A stretch of 63,966 nucleotides of DNA from Thermoproteota archaeon (GCA_027491435.1 JAOZFG010000018.1:1-63966); one strand, 5' to 3'; counted from the stretch's first letter, positions 38,488 to 48,468 are shown. Translations and numbers: made by a program. The notes: generated by a model not told the origin, from the letters alone.

Positions 38488-39795
38488 TTGCCGATCCCCT
38501 TAGGACAGTCCCTCAAGAGGGCCATTGACAGGGTTAGGGGGAAGCCCACCCTCGATGAGAGGGCTGTCCACGAGTTTATCAGGGACGTCCAGAGGGCTCT
38601 TATAGAGGGAGACGTAAACGTAAAGCTCGTTCTCCAGCTTACCAGGAAAGTGAAGGATAGGGCTTTAAAGGAGACCCCTCCCCCCGGAGTCAGCAGAAAG
38701 GACTTAGCTGTAAAAATACTCATAGATGAGCTGATTCAGCTGTTAGGCGGCAAGAGGGCGGAACTACCGATACAGGGCAGGAAGACTAACGTAATCATGG
38801 TGGTGGGCATCGAGGGATCTGGTAAAACCACGACAGTGGCTAAGCTAGCTCATTGGTTTTCTAAGAGGTATGGGAAGGTGGCAGTAATATCATCGGACGT
38901 GATAAGGCCAGCAGCTCACGAGCAGCTCAAACAGCTCATAGGAGATGAGGTGCCCATATTCAGGATAGACTCTAGCGACCCAGTCGAGATAATCAGGGAA
39001 GGGGTCTCCAAGTTCAGGAAGGAGAAGTACAACGTAGTTCTGGTTGACACAGCAGGAAGGCATAAGGACGAGGAAGGCCTGATGAGAGAGCTTGAGGAGT
39101 ATGTCAGGGCGGCTAATCCTGACCTAGTCTTGCTAGTCATAGATGGGACTATAGGTCAGGCGGCCTTCTCTCAAGCGAAGTCCTTCGCCGAGAGGGTGAA
39201 GGTAGGCGGAGTGATCGTCACTAAATTAGACGGTGCCGCCAAGGGAGGAGGGGCTCTGTCAGCTGTAGTGGCTGCTGGAGCTCCCATATACTTCATAGGG
39301 ACCGGCGAATCCCTGGAGGACTTAGAGAGGTTTGACCCAGAGAGGTTCGTCTCCAGGCTGTTAGGCGGAGGGGACTTGATAGAGCTGGCTAAACGAGTGG
39401 AAGAGGCGTTTTCAGACTTGGAGCTCGTTGAGAAAATTTCCAAGGGTAAGTTCGACCTGAACGATTTCAGGGAGTACTTAGAGGAACTGAACAAGGCGGG
39501 CCCGTTGGATAAACTGCTTGGAATGATTCCCGGACTTAGCTTAAAATCATATGACCTTCCTAAGGAGAACATAAGCAAGTGGATAGCCATAATAAACTCA
39601 ATGACCCCAGAGGAGAGGAGAAATCCCTCCATAATAAGGGGGAGCAGGATTGAGAGGATAGCTAGAGGCTCTGGAACCAGATCGAAGGACGTTAGGGTTC
39701 TCCTGAAGTCCTACCAGAAGACCAAGAGGTTGATGGAGTCGTCCTCCACTAAGAAGATGCAGAGGATGCTCAGGAGGATGGGTCTGAGTGTTTAA
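38488..39795 (+). CDS. srp54: Signal recognition particle protein Srp54
   Basis: GSGKTTT, DTAGRH, TKLDG.AKGGGA; M domain SMTPEER, RIARGSG. Confidence 0.97.
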   Translation: MPIPLGQSLKRAIDRVRGKPTLDERAVHEFIRDVQRALIEGDVNVKLVLQLTRKVKDRALKETPPPGVSRKDLAVKILIDELIQLLGGKRAELPIQGRKTNVIMVVGIEGSGKTTTVAKLAHWFSKRYGKVAVISSDVIRPAAHEQLKQLIGDEVPIFRIDSSDPVEIIREGVSKFRKEKYNVVLVDTAGRHKDEEGLMRELEEYVRAANPDLVLLVIDGTIGQAAFSQAKSFAERVKVGGVIVTKLDGAAKGGGALSAVVAAGAPIYFIGTGESLEDLERFDPERFVSRLLGGGDLIELAKRVEEAFSDLELVEKISKGKFDLNDFREYLEELNKAGPLDKLLGMIPGLSLKSYDLPKENISKWIAIINSMTPEERRNPSIIRGSRIERIARGSGTRSKDVRVLLKSYQKTKRLMESSSTKKMQRMLRRMGLSV

Positions 39796-40966
39796 GCTAA
39801 AGGAGGTTAGGCTGTGCCCCTACTGTCTAGGCAGTCTGGTGGGGGCTAACCTGACTTGGATACCTAATTACGTTAAGGGGGCCACGCTACATAACCTCCT
39901 CCAGTTAAACGAGGGCTGCGAAATATGCAATGACCTCCTACCTTCTACCTTCGATGACCTTGTCGAGAAGGCCCTTAAATCTCTGGAAGGTTTGGAGTTC
40001 TACACCGTTAAAGCCGGCGTAGTATTGCCCCCTTGGTTAGTAGAGAAGGAGGACAGGCTGAGGGCTAAATATAACCCCCCTCACATGGTCTCGGTCAAGT
40101 TGACCCTGATAAAGTGGGCCGACCTGGTCCTATCAGCTAGGACCGGCAGGGAAGTGTCCAAGGACCCTGACGTGGAGGTGCTGCTGGACTTCGAGACGAA
40201 GTCTATAGGGTTGAGGATAAAGCCAGTGTTTGTGTACGGGAGGTACAGAAAGCTGAAGAGGGGGTTGTCCCAATCTAGGTCCATATGCCCCTACTGTGGT
40301 GGAAAGGGATGTGAGAAATGCAACTGGACTGGGAGAATAGCTGAAGGTTCGGTAGAGGGGGCTATAGGCGAGGTCATGAGGGAGTTCTTCGAAGCTGAGG
40401 ACTACGTTTTACACGCCAGCGGAAGGGAGGATGTAGACGCTAGGATGCTAGGCAACGGAAGGCCCTTCGTCATGGAGGTGAAGAGGCCTAGGGTTAGAAG
40501 GGTGGATTTGAAGAGGTTAGAGGACGAGATAAACAGAAGGTCCTCTGGCGAAGTTGAGGTGCTCAACCTGAGGTACGCTGATAGGTCAGAAGTCAGGAAG
40601 ATAAAGGAGATGTCAGACAAGATAAGAAAGAGGTACAGGGCTCACGTGGAGGTTGAGGAGGGAAAGGTCTCCCCAGAAGACCTGAAGAAGTTAGAGGAGT
40701 TCTTCAGGGACAGGGTTATATACCAGAGGACCCCCAAAAGGGTCTTGTGGAGAAGGGCGGACATCGTCAGAAGGAAGAAAGTTTATTGGCTCAAAGCCAA
40801 AATGGTAGATGAACGGCATTTTGAGCTCGAAATCGAGTGCGATGGAGGTTTATATGTGAAGGAGCTCATATCCGGCGATGACGGGAGGACCACCCCCAGC
40901 GTGTCCGAGGTGCTGGGAAGGAAATCTTTTTGTAAGGAACTTGATGTCCTAGAGGTGGTAGGCTGA
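39788..40966 (+). CDS. pus10: tRNA pseudouridine(54/55) synthase Pus10
   Basis: GRYRK..RG.SQ, GREDVDARMLG.GRPF, QRTP.RV, GGLYVKELISGD.GRT.PS. Confidence 0.95.
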   Translation: MFKLKEVRLCPYCLGSLVGANLTWIPNYVKGATLHNLLQLNEGCEICNDLLPSTFDDLVEKALKSLEGLEFYTVKAGVVLPPWLVEKEDRLRAKYNPPHMVSVKLTLIKWADLVLSARTGREVSKDPDVEVLLDFETKSIGLRIKPVFVYGRYRKLKRGLSQSRSICPYCGGKGCEKCNWTGRIAEGSVEGAIGEVMREFFEAEDYVLHASGREDVDARMLGNGRPFVMEVKRPRVRRVDLKRLEDEINRRSSGEVEVLNLRYADRSEVRKIKEMSDKIRKRYRAHVEVEEGKVSPEDLKKLEEFFRDRVIYQRTPKRVLWRRADIVRRKKVYWLKAKMVDERHFELEIECDGGLYVKELISGDDGRTTPSVSEVLGRKSFCKELDVLEVVG

Positions 40967-40978
40967 AGGGTGATAAAT

Positions 40979-41275
40979 TTGGGTAGGAGGTCAGCAGGCT
41001 TTCTCCACAAGTCCAGGAGCTTCCTCTCCAAGACCCCCAGGGAGAGAGGTATACCGTCCCCCGCCAAGTTCCTTAAGGAGTTTAGCGTGGGGGAGAAGGT
41101 AGTAATAGATGTGGAGCCTTCAATCAGGAGGGGGATGCCCCACAGGAGATACCAGGGCAAAGTAGTGATGGTGGTCTGGAAGAGGGGGTCCGCTTACCTA
41201 GTTGACGTGAAGCTGGGGGACAAGGTAAAGCACCTAATAGTGCTACCAGTTCACCTGAAGAGGCATAAGGGCTAG
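40979..41275 (+). CDS. rpl21e: 50S ribosomal protein eL21
   Basis: GMPHRRYQGK, PVHLK. Confidence 0.96.
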   Translation: MGRRSAGFLHKSRSFLSKTPRERGIPSPAKFLKEFSVGEKVVIDVEPSIRRGMPHRRYQGKVVMVVWKRGSAYLVDVKLGDKVKHLIVLPVHLKRHKG

Positions 41276-41285
41276 GGGGAAGGGG

Positions 41286-41633
41286 TTGTCAGCGACTCAG
41301 AAGAAACCCCTAACTTTAGCTGAGGTAAAGTCAATAGTGTTCGAAAGATGGTCCAACAATGTGGCCGAGTTGACCATCGATCAGAAGAGGCTTCTTCACT
41401 ATCTCTCCAAGTTCACCAAGGTGGATGATCCTAAGAAGGCTAGAGAGGCAGTCAATCAGCTAATGGAGAAGTTCGGCCTGTCTGAGGAGCACGCTATAAT
41501 GTTGGTCAACGTGATACCTTCTTCAGTTGATGAGCTGAAGGCTTATCTGTACAAAGATTATCCCCTCTTAACCCAGGAAAATTATAAAGAAATGCTGTCC
41601 ATACTCAAATCGTTGGTAGAAGAAGGGGAGTAG
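41286..41633 (+). CDS. rpoF: RNA polymerase subunit F (Rpo4)
   Basis: LHYLSKFTK, LVNVIP....ELK; conserved position after rpl21e. Confidence 0.9.
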   Translation: MSATQKKPLTLAEVKSIVFERWSNNVAELTIDQKRLLHYLSKFTKVDDPKKAREAVNQLMEKFGLSEEHAIMLVNVIPSSVDELKAYLYKDYPLLTQENYKEMLSILKSLVEEGE

Positions 41634-41646
41634 GTGCTGTCAGACG

Positions 41647-42216
41647 ATGTGGAGGTACGTCCCTGGGAGGAGGAAGCCCCACGACAGTTGGGCTTACGTG
41701 GTCTATGTTGACAGATTTAAGAGAAGCGTTCATGTCTTAGGGGATAGATACTTTATCCTCATGGAGTTCTCCCTGAGGCCTAACGTGGAGTTGATGGACG
41801 GGGATAAGATATACGTTGGTAAGGGACAGAGGAAGGAGGTGAGCAGGTTTCTAAGATACCTGTCTTACGACGACCTGCCATCTACTGCCAAGTTCGGGTT
41901 AGAACAGTTGGTTACTAAGATATTAAAGGAAAATGAGAAGTTCTTCGTGGAGTTCTTCAACGAGAGCGTCCCTATAACTCCAAGGCTGCATCAGTTAGAG
42001 CTCCTCCCGGGGGTAGGCAAGAAAACTATGATGAAGATACTTGAGGAGAGACAGAAGAAGAGGTTTGAAAGTTATGAAGACGTTGAGAGAAGGACGGGGC
42101 TTAAAGATCCTATTAGGTCCCTAGCTCAGAGGGTTATAGAGGAGCTATCCGGTAACGAGAAATACTACATTTTGGTGGCCCCAAAGAAGCTACTGGAGGA
42201 AGAGGTTACGTGGTAA
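41647..42216 (+). CDS. DUF655 family predicted RNA-binding protein
   Basis: FVEFFN...ITPRLHQLELLPGVGKK; conserved neighbour of rpoF. Confidence 0.92.
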   Translation: MWRYVPGRRKPHDSWAYVVYVDRFKRSVHVLGDRYFILMEFSLRPNVELMDGDKIYVGKGQRKEVSRFLRYLSYDDLPSTAKFGLEQLVTKILKENEKFFVEFFNESVPITPRLHQLELLPGVGKKTMMKILEERQKKRFESYEDVERRTGLKDPIRSLAQRVIEELSGNEKYYILVAPKKLLEEEVTW

Positions 42217-42952
42217 CTTTAGTGCCTTTCTCCCCCCTCAAGGCCCTTATCAGATCACCTCTGGATCTATAATCCGTTATGATTACGTCTACTCCTAGCT
42301 CGGCTAATTTTAAGGCCCTCTCAACTTTACCAAGCATCCCCCCAGTCACGTCTATCCCAGCATCCCCCTTAAAGATCTTGGAATCCTTGCTAACTTCCCT
42401 TAGCACGACACCTCTCTCGTCTAAAACGCCGGGAGCGTCTGTGAGAAACACGGCCTTTGATATGGTATTTGAGAGCACTAAGGGGATCTCATCTGCCGAC
42501 ACTATTTTCGCGCCTTCCTTGTATGAGAAGACCACGTCCCCATGAGAGACGGGAACGAACCCCCAGGACAGCATAGTGATGATCTGTTCAGTAAAAGCTT
42601 TGTGGCTACCGTCCCAGGTCATAAATCCTCTGGGAGACACGCCGACGGCAGGGATTCCGTTAAGTATTAGCCTGCCGACTACAGCGTTGTTAAGTATCCT
42701 GACCATATGTAGCACTTCAGATGCCTCTACAAGCTTGCCGTTTAACCCCCTTTGAAGCCCATACTCCTTCACCGGTCTGTGACCGTAGGTTCCAGCTCCA
42801 TGGGCCAACACGATCCTGTAATTGTTCATTATTTCCTTCATATCCTCGGAAATTCCATCAATTACTTCAAAATTAATCTTAAAATCACCTAATTTCTTAT
42901 CGGTAATCAGGGATCCGCCGATCTTTATGAACACCACATCCAAGAGCATCAC
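42206..42952 (-). CDS. ipk: Isopentenyl phosphate kinase (amino acid kinase family)
   Basis: KIGGSLITDK, HGAGTYGH, PVSHGD, DVTGGM..K. Confidence 0.9.
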   Translation of the reverse strand: MMLLDVVFIKIGGSLITDKKLGDFKINFEVIDGISEDMKEIMNNYRIVLAHGAGTYGHRPVKEYGLQRGLNGKLVEASEVLHMVRILNNAVVGRLILNGIPAVGVSPRGFMTWDGSHKAFTEQIITMLSWGFVPVSHGDVVFSYKEGAKIVSADEIPLVLSNTISKAVFLTDAPGVLDERGVVLREVSKDSKIFKGDAGIDVTGGMLGKVERALKLAELGVDVIITDYRSRGDLIRALRGEKGTKVTT

Positions 42953-42984
42953 CCTTATATGGTGGTGTTCTTTGAAAGGAACTG

Positions 42985-44559
42985 ATGAATAAAATAGTCA
43001 TACTAAGTCAGGATGTACTAGTGAGGTCTCTCCTCAGGCTTAACGATAACCTAGAGAAGATAAGAGGATCTAAGGTGGTTATTCCCTCCTGGGTGCTCTC
43101 AGAACTGGAAGGGAAGTCGGCTAAAGGGGACAGATTCGCCTTAGGAGGGCTAAACGAGATTGTTTGGCTCAGGAAGATCGCGGAGCAAGGAGTCATAGAG
43201 TCGGTGGAGGTAAGGGAGTCTAAAGATAAGGGGGTGGAATCCCTAGCTAATCTGGCCAGCTCTATGGGTGGGAAAGTGGTTACAGGAGACAGGGTCACAG
43301 CCCTTGCCCTTATGGCCAGGGGAGTTGAAGTCCTCTACATAGGGCCATTAGGGGAGGGTCTCTCCATATCCAAATACTTCGATGAGTACACCATGAGCGT
43401 TCATCTTAAGGAAGGAGCCCCTCCCATGGCCAAAAGGGGAACTCCTGGAAACTTCGAGCTCGTTAAACTCTCGAAAGAACCCCTTTCAGAGTACGAGCTG
43501 AGGTCCATGGCCTATGAGATACTAGAAAAGGCCAAGACTGACCCGAACGCTTTCGTGGAAATTGAGCACAAAGACGCTTACATAATACAGATAGGGAGCT
43601 TTAGGATTTTATTGGCCTTTCCTCCCTTCTCTGACGGGTTAGAGATCACTGTAGTTAGGCCCCTGGTTAAGGTAACCCTGGACGACTACAACCTGAGCGA
43701 AAAATTGAAGGAGAGGCTTAGGGAAAGGGCCGAGGGCATAGTGATAGCTGGACCGCCCGGCGCTGGGAAAACTACCTTCGCTAGTGCCCTAGCCGAGTTC
43801 TATAGGAGCAGGGGCAGAATCGTCAAGACTCTGGAGTCACCCAGGGATCTGCAGGTGGGTCCGGAGATAACTCAGTACGGCAGGCTAAACGGCTCATTTG
43901 AGAATACAGCAGACCTATTGCTCCTAGTTAGACCTGACTACGTTATATTCGATGAAATGAGGAAGACTCAGGACTTCAAGATATTCGTGGACATGAGGCT
44001 GGCAGGGGTGGGCATGATAGGAGTGGTCCATTGCGGCTTTCCAATAGAGGCAATACAGAGATTTATAGGCAGGGTGGACTTGGGCGTGCTTCCTCACGTG
44101 GTCGACACCCTGATATTCATAAAGGACGGTAGGGTTCAGAAGGTATACAGCCTCAAGATCGTGGTGAAGATGCCGTCGGGCATGAAAGACGTTTCGTTGG
44201 CTAGGCCAGTTGTCCTGGTCAAGGACTTCGAAAGCGGCAACGTGGAGTATGAGATATACACCTTCGGGGATGAGATAGTGGTCATGCCTCTCAAGAAGCC
44301 CTCTCAGGAGGAGGCCATAACCGTGGAGGTCCCTGTCAAGTACAGGCTCAGGAAGAGGAAGCACACGATAATCCTAGAATTAGGGCCAGAGATGGCCAAC
44401 ACAGAGGTAACCCTCTACTCGGGTTCAAGGGAGCTAGCCACTCTCACCACGGATTCCAAGGGGAGGATAGCCTTAGCCAGGGCCAGTCCTCTAGGAAGGA
44501 GGGTAGTTGAGGCGGCTAAATCTGATAACCTGAGGATCTTGCCCTCTAAAGGCGATTGA
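42985..44559 (+). CDS. PINc/VapC-family ATPase (PINA-like); degenerate PIN, no evident KH domain
   Basis: TMSVHLKEG, GPPGAGKTTFA, TLESPRDLQV, DEMR, DMRLAGVGMIGVVH. Confidence 0.9.
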   Translation: MNKIVILSQDVLVRSLLRLNDNLEKIRGSKVVIPSWVLSELEGKSAKGDRFALGGLNEIVWLRKIAEQGVIESVEVRESKDKGVESLANLASSMGGKVVTGDRVTALALMARGVEVLYIGPLGEGLSISKYFDEYTMSVHLKEGAPPMAKRGTPGNFELVKLSKEPLSEYELRSMAYEILEKAKTDPNAFVEIEHKDAYIIQIGSFRILLAFPPFSDGLEITVVRPLVKVTLDDYNLSEKLKERLRERAEGIVIAGPPGAGKTTFASALAEFYRSRGRIVKTLESPRDLQVGPEITQYGRLNGSFENTADLLLLVRPDYVIFDEMRKTQDFKIFVDMRLAGVGMIGVVHCGFPIEAIQRFIGRVDLGVLPHVVDTLIFIKDGRVQKVYSLKIVVKMPSGMKDVSLARPVVLVKDFESGNVEYEIYTFGDEIVVMPLKKPSQEEAITVEVPVKYRLRKRKHTIILELGPEMANTEVTLYSGSRELATLTTDSKGRIALARASPLGRRVVEAAKSDNLRILPSKGD

Positions 44560-45100
44560 TCTTCTTTTGCTTATAGTATATCTTTTTTATCCTGCTTTCC
44601 AGGTCTATCTCAATGAGGAAATCCCTCACCGAGGGGGGTACCAAGAGCTTCCAGTGATCATCTCCCTTCAACATTAGCTCCCTTATCTTGGTGGCCTCGT
44701 AGAGGTCCCTCCTGTGGAAGGGTATACCCTCCACCTTAAGCCCAACGGCCCTCAAATCCTTTACCGTCTCTGGGTCGTTTGAGAAGGCTATGTCCACCCT
44801 AGGCACCCTGTCCAAGACAAGCTCACCCCACACTTCCTCGGGAGACTCGGTATCAGGCACTGAGGAGAGGTAAATCCTCTTCATGTTGAACCCCTCCCTC
44901 CTTAAAGCCCTGACTATCATCTCCATTCTCTCATCGCAGGACATGGGGTTTCTAGGCTCACAGCAATACTGCGAGCTCCCTATAGCGATAACGAGCTCGT
45001 CGGTCTTGGACAGAGCGTATTTAAAAGCGTGGAGGTGTCCGTAATGCAGCGGTTGAAACCTGCCAACTATCAGTGACCTGGTAGGCCTTTTCACCCTCAC
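44546..45100 (-). CDS. nadM: Nicotinamide-nucleotide adenylyltransferase (NadM-like)
   Basis: GRFQPLHYGH, IGSSQ, NP.S..ER..M, W..LVP. Confidence 0.9.
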   Translation of the reverse strand: MRVKRPTRSLIVGRFQPLHYGHLHAFKYALSKTDELVIAIGSSQYCCEPRNPMSCDERMEMIVRALRREGFNMKRIYLSSVPDTESPEEVWGELVLDRVPRVDIAFSNDPETVKDLRAVGLKVEGIPFHRRDLYEATKIRELMLKGDDHWKLLVPPSVRDFLIEIDLESRIKKIYYKQKKINRL

Positions 45101-45133
45101 ACCCTTGCAAGCCGTACTGGGTTCGAAAAATAA

Positions 45134-45880
45134 TTAACTTTCACTGTCTTCCGGACTCTCCCCCTCGATTATCTCGGTAATTTCATCAACTATAAGGTCC
45201 TCTGGTAGGTCTTCCTCAAGCAGCTGGTACTTATCATAATCCTGCTTTCTAATATCAAGCTCCCTTCCTCGCAAACTTATTGCTTCCCTGGAAGGGTGCA
45301 TCTCCACCTCCACCATAGCCCTAGCCAAGTTCTCCGCTGTGGCTTCGTGCAGTATTATTATGGAGCCGTTCCTAAGCTTCAAAATGACTCTCTTGTGTTT
45401 GTGTCCCCTGGGCACCCCTATTAGTACCCTATCCACGTCCCTATTCCTTATACTTATCCTGAAACCAGAGGCGAGGGACTCTATGAGCTTTCTAGTGGAA
45501 TCGGCAAGCTTTAACTTGAGGGCGTGATTTAACTCCACCCACCTGACCTCTTTCACATCTCCCCCAGGTCTAAGCCTGCCTCCAACCTGTTTACACAGCA
45601 GGTCCACAAGCACGTAGTGGTACTTAACCTTCCCATCAGGGTCCCTCACCAGGACTGTGTCCGCGTAGATGGGGTAGAGGGGCACCACCTCCAAGCCCGT
45701 CTCCTCGAGCATTTCCCTTCTAACCGCCTCTTCAAGAGTCTCACCTAGCTCTACTAGCCCGCCGGGCACGGCCCAATAACCCCTACCTGGCTCGGTCTTT
45801 CTCCTGGCCAGGAGGATTTTGCCGTTCCTAAGGAGAACCCCTCCCACCCCTGGCAGGGGATGATTTGGGTACTCCCTCAC
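45134..45880 (-). CDS. NUDIX hydrolase (ADP-ribose pyrophosphatase-like) fused to an uncharacterised C-terminal domain
   Basis: PGGLVELGETLEEAVRREMLEETGL Nudix box; about 110-aa extra domain with GHKH, HEAT, HP, YQLLEE. Confidence 0.85.
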   Translation of the reverse strand: MREYPNHPLPGVGGVLLRNGKILLARRKTEPGRGYWAVPGGLVELGETLEEAVRREMLEETGLEVVPLYPIYADTVLVRDPDGKVKYHYVLVDLLCKQVGGRLRPGGDVKEVRWVELNHALKLKLADSTRKLIESLASGFRISIRNRDVDRVLIGVPRGHKHKRVILKLRNGSIIILHEATAENLARAMVEVEMHPSREAISLRGRELDIRKQDYDKYQLLEEDLPEDLIVDEITEIIEGESPEDSES

Positions 45881-45884
45881 CTTA

Positions 45885-46745
45885 TCACCCTACCAGAGAT
45901 GATTTATCTGTCAGCAACCTGAGGGCAGCCCCTATGGCAGTGGCGAACTGAGGATCCTTTGGTACTGTAGCTTTCCCTCCGAACAACCTTATGGGCTTGA
46001 GTATGGCCCTTAACACGGGCTCATGTGTGACCAGACCTCCAACTAGTATTATCCTATCATGTAACCCCACGGATTTGGCAGCGAAGAAAGACACCGTCCC
46101 TATAACTTGCCCGACCATGTTCACTAGGCCAGCAGCGACGTCCTCCGGCGAAACAACATCACCAACTTTGCCGAAGTTGGAGGCCGTCACGTCGGGCGTT
46201 AAAAGACCGATGGGACCACCTACTATATCGCCCACGGTAAGGTCTACGTTCCTCGGATCTCCTTTAGAGGCGAGCTCTATTATTGAGTTAACGTTGGTCC
46301 TCCTGAGGAGCAATCTCCCTAAGCCGGATAAGGTGCCCGCACCGACGCCGGTTCCTCCCAAGTGTCTAACCAGAGTCCTGTTACCGTCTCGCCTCACCTC
46401 AACTATAGCGGTTCCGGTACCTGCGCTGACTACCACCCCCTCGTTAGTTCCCGATAGAAAGAGACCTCCCACGCCTACAGCTTCTATCTCATCTATTTCC
46501 ACGACGTCCAACCCCAGAATCTTAGGTGGTAGGGGCTTAGTCTTCCCTCCACTAGAAGCTATGGCTTCAACTTCAGACATCAAAATGCCTAACTCGGATA
46601 GTAGCTTGCCTATAGCTCCTGCAGCTGCAGCTAACGGATCTGATGCCACCACGACCGTTTTACCGTATATCTTAGACTCAGAGATTAGCACGGCCTTAGT
46701 GGTGGTTCCTCCCATGTCAAGGCCCACTATCAGCATTTCAACCAC
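45885..46745 (-). CDS. coaW: Type II (CoaW/fumble-like) pantothenate kinase
   Basis: GLDMGGTTTK, SAGTGT, GGTGVGAGT, GD..NVDLTVGDI, TASNFGK. Confidence 0.85.
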   Translation of the reverse strand: MVEMLIVGLDMGGTTTKAVLISESKIYGKTVVVASDPLAAAAGAIGKLLSELGILMSEVEAIASSGGKTKPLPPKILGLDVVEIDEIEAVGVGGLFLSGTNEGVVVSAGTGTAIVEVRRDGNRTLVRHLGGTGVGAGTLSGLGRLLLRRTNVNSIIELASKGDPRNVDLTVGDIVGGPIGLLTPDVTASNFGKVGDVVSPEDVAAGLVNMVGQVIGTVSFFAAKSVGLHDRIILVGGLVTHEPVLRAILKPIRLFGGKATVPKDPQFATAIGAALRLLTDKSSLVG

Positions 46746-46748
46746 TTC

Positions 46749-47300
46749 CTAACGGGTAGAGGCCTCCTGTAACTTAGCCCTCATAACCTTACTAACTATG
46801 GGGGGGACCAGCACGTAAGCGAATGGGAGCTCCCAGGCGAAGGTCGTGAACCCTATTATCATTGCAGCCTCAAAGCTAAGTGGGGTAACCTCCTTCTGGA
46901 ATGGTAGGGGAAAGGCCTGGCTCCAGGCCAAGAGCCCCAAACCTATTATCACGTGACCGACGAGCAAGCCTAGGGTGACTGCGATAAGATACCTCCTGAA
47001 GGAGTACTTCTCCTTACCCGCTAGCTCGCCCACTATGTAGAACCCTATGAAGTTAGAGGTCACTCCCACGCTTAGGCTTAAGAGGGCGTTCCCGTGAGTC
47101 ATCATGTCTGAGATAAATATCCCTATAGCCGCTGACAACCCGCCCACTAAGCCACCGTACAAACACGAAATCGTTGCAGGAACGACTACAGCAGGCCAAA
47201 ACCTGACTCCATAGAAAGTCAGTCCTAGATAGGTCAGATAGCCGACAATAGCGTATAGGGCTCCCCCTATTGAGGAAATCACAAGCTCTTTTGTGCTCAT
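46749..47300 (-). CDS. ECF transporter substrate-specific S component
   Basis: About 6 TM; GVRFWPAVVVP...G.L.GG..AAIG.FI.D pattern. Confidence 0.75.
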   Translation of the reverse strand: MSTKELVISSIGGALYAIVGYLTYLGLTFYGVRFWPAVVVPATISCLYGGLVGGLSAAIGIFISDMMTHGNALLSLSVGVTSNFIGFYIVGELAGKEKYSFRRYLIAVTLGLLVGHVIIGLGLLAWSQAFPLPFQKEVTPLSFEAAMIIGFTTFAWELPFAYVLVPPIVSKVMRAKLQEASTR

Positions 47301-47378
47301 GAGCCCCCCCGAATTCCAGGAGGCCTATTATTTATGTAACTCTCCCAACAGTTATATTGCTGTGAACTCTACTAGCTC

Positions 47379-48398
47379 GTGTCGATGGTCCTAACCGGCA
47401 GGCAGGTCGTCAGGATCACCAGGGAGAGTGGAGTGCCTTTAATGGGAAGCGTAGCCTTTGGTCTAGTTGACAGAGGGACGAACCTGATACAGGTCAGGCC
47501 AATATCAACATGCGCGTTCTCCTGCATATTCTGCTCTACAGATGCAGGTCCAAGGTCTCGAACTAGGAGATCAGAGTACGTAGTAGACCTAGACTACATG
47601 ATGGACTGGTTCTCGTCGGTAGTGGCCTATAAGAACGTGGACGACATAGAGGCCCACATAGACACTGTGGGAGATCCCTTTACCTACCCCCACATGGTGG
47701 AGCTCGTTGAAAGGATAAGAGAGATCCCTCAAGTCAAGGTTATCTCCGCCCAGACCCACGGCCCGCTTCTTACAGTTGATCTAGTCAAGTCCCTGGAGAG
47801 GGCTGGCATGGACAGGATAAACTTGAGCATAGATTCCCTCAATGAGGGGAGGGCCAGATACCTGTCGGGGAGTCCGTGGTTTAAGCTGGATAAGGTGCTA
47901 AAGGTGGCTGAAGAGATAGCCAAAAGCTCAATAGACTTGTTGATAGCTCCCGTATGGGTTCCTGGGATAAATGACGAGGACATACCCAAACTGATCGAGT
48001 TTGCCCTAAAAATAGGTGCTGGGAAGAGGTGGCCTCCTCTAGGAATCCAGAAGTACGAGGTTTACAAAGGAGGCAGGAAACCCAAGGGGGTTAGGCCCAT
48101 GTCTTGGAGGGAGTTCTACAGAAGGTTGAGGGAGTATGAGGAGGAGTTCGGAGTAAAGCTGATTCTCAGGAGGGAGGACTTCGGCATCAGGGACGTAAAA
48201 CCAGTGCCTAAGACCATGAGAAAAGGGGAGACCGTCATGGCTAAGGTGGTTCTCCCTGGCTGGAGAAGGGGGGAAAGCCTAGCTATTGCCAGAAAGAGGG
48301 TGATAACGGTGTTAGGAGAATTTCCTATAGGAGTTGAACTCAAACTGAGGGTAATCAGGGATAGGGATGGCATCTACTACGGCAGGCCCATAAGATGA
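47379..48398 (+). CDS. Radical SAM protein, archaeal COG2100-like, with C-terminal TRAM-like domain
   Basis: AFG.VDRGTN.IQVRP, CAFSCIFC, EAHID. Confidence 0.88.
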   Translation: MSMVLTGRQVVRITRESGVPLMGSVAFGLVDRGTNLIQVRPISTCAFSCIFCSTDAGPRSRTRRSEYVVDLDYMMDWFSSVVAYKNVDDIEAHIDTVGDPFTYPHMVELVERIREIPQVKVISAQTHGPLLTVDLVKSLERAGMDRINLSIDSLNEGRARYLSGSPWFKLDKVLKVAEEIAKSSIDLLIAPVWVPGINDEDIPKLIEFALKIGAGKRWPPLGIQKYEVYKGGRKPKGVRPMSWREFYRRLREYEEEFGVKLILRREDFGIRDVKPVPKTMRKGETVMAKVVLPGWRRGESLAIARKRVITVLGEFPIGVELKLRVIRDRDGIYYGRPIR

Positions 48399-48468
48399 TC
48401 TATTGCCGTAGCTAAAAGGAACGAATATAAGTGAGATTTACAAGGAGGTCTGACTATAAGCCTAGGGG

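Noticed and set aside
45991-46752. 253-aa antisense ORF and the many other short antisense ORFs in the track
   Set aside because: They are shadows of well-supported genes on the opposite strand, Ser/Pro/Thr-rich and without motifs
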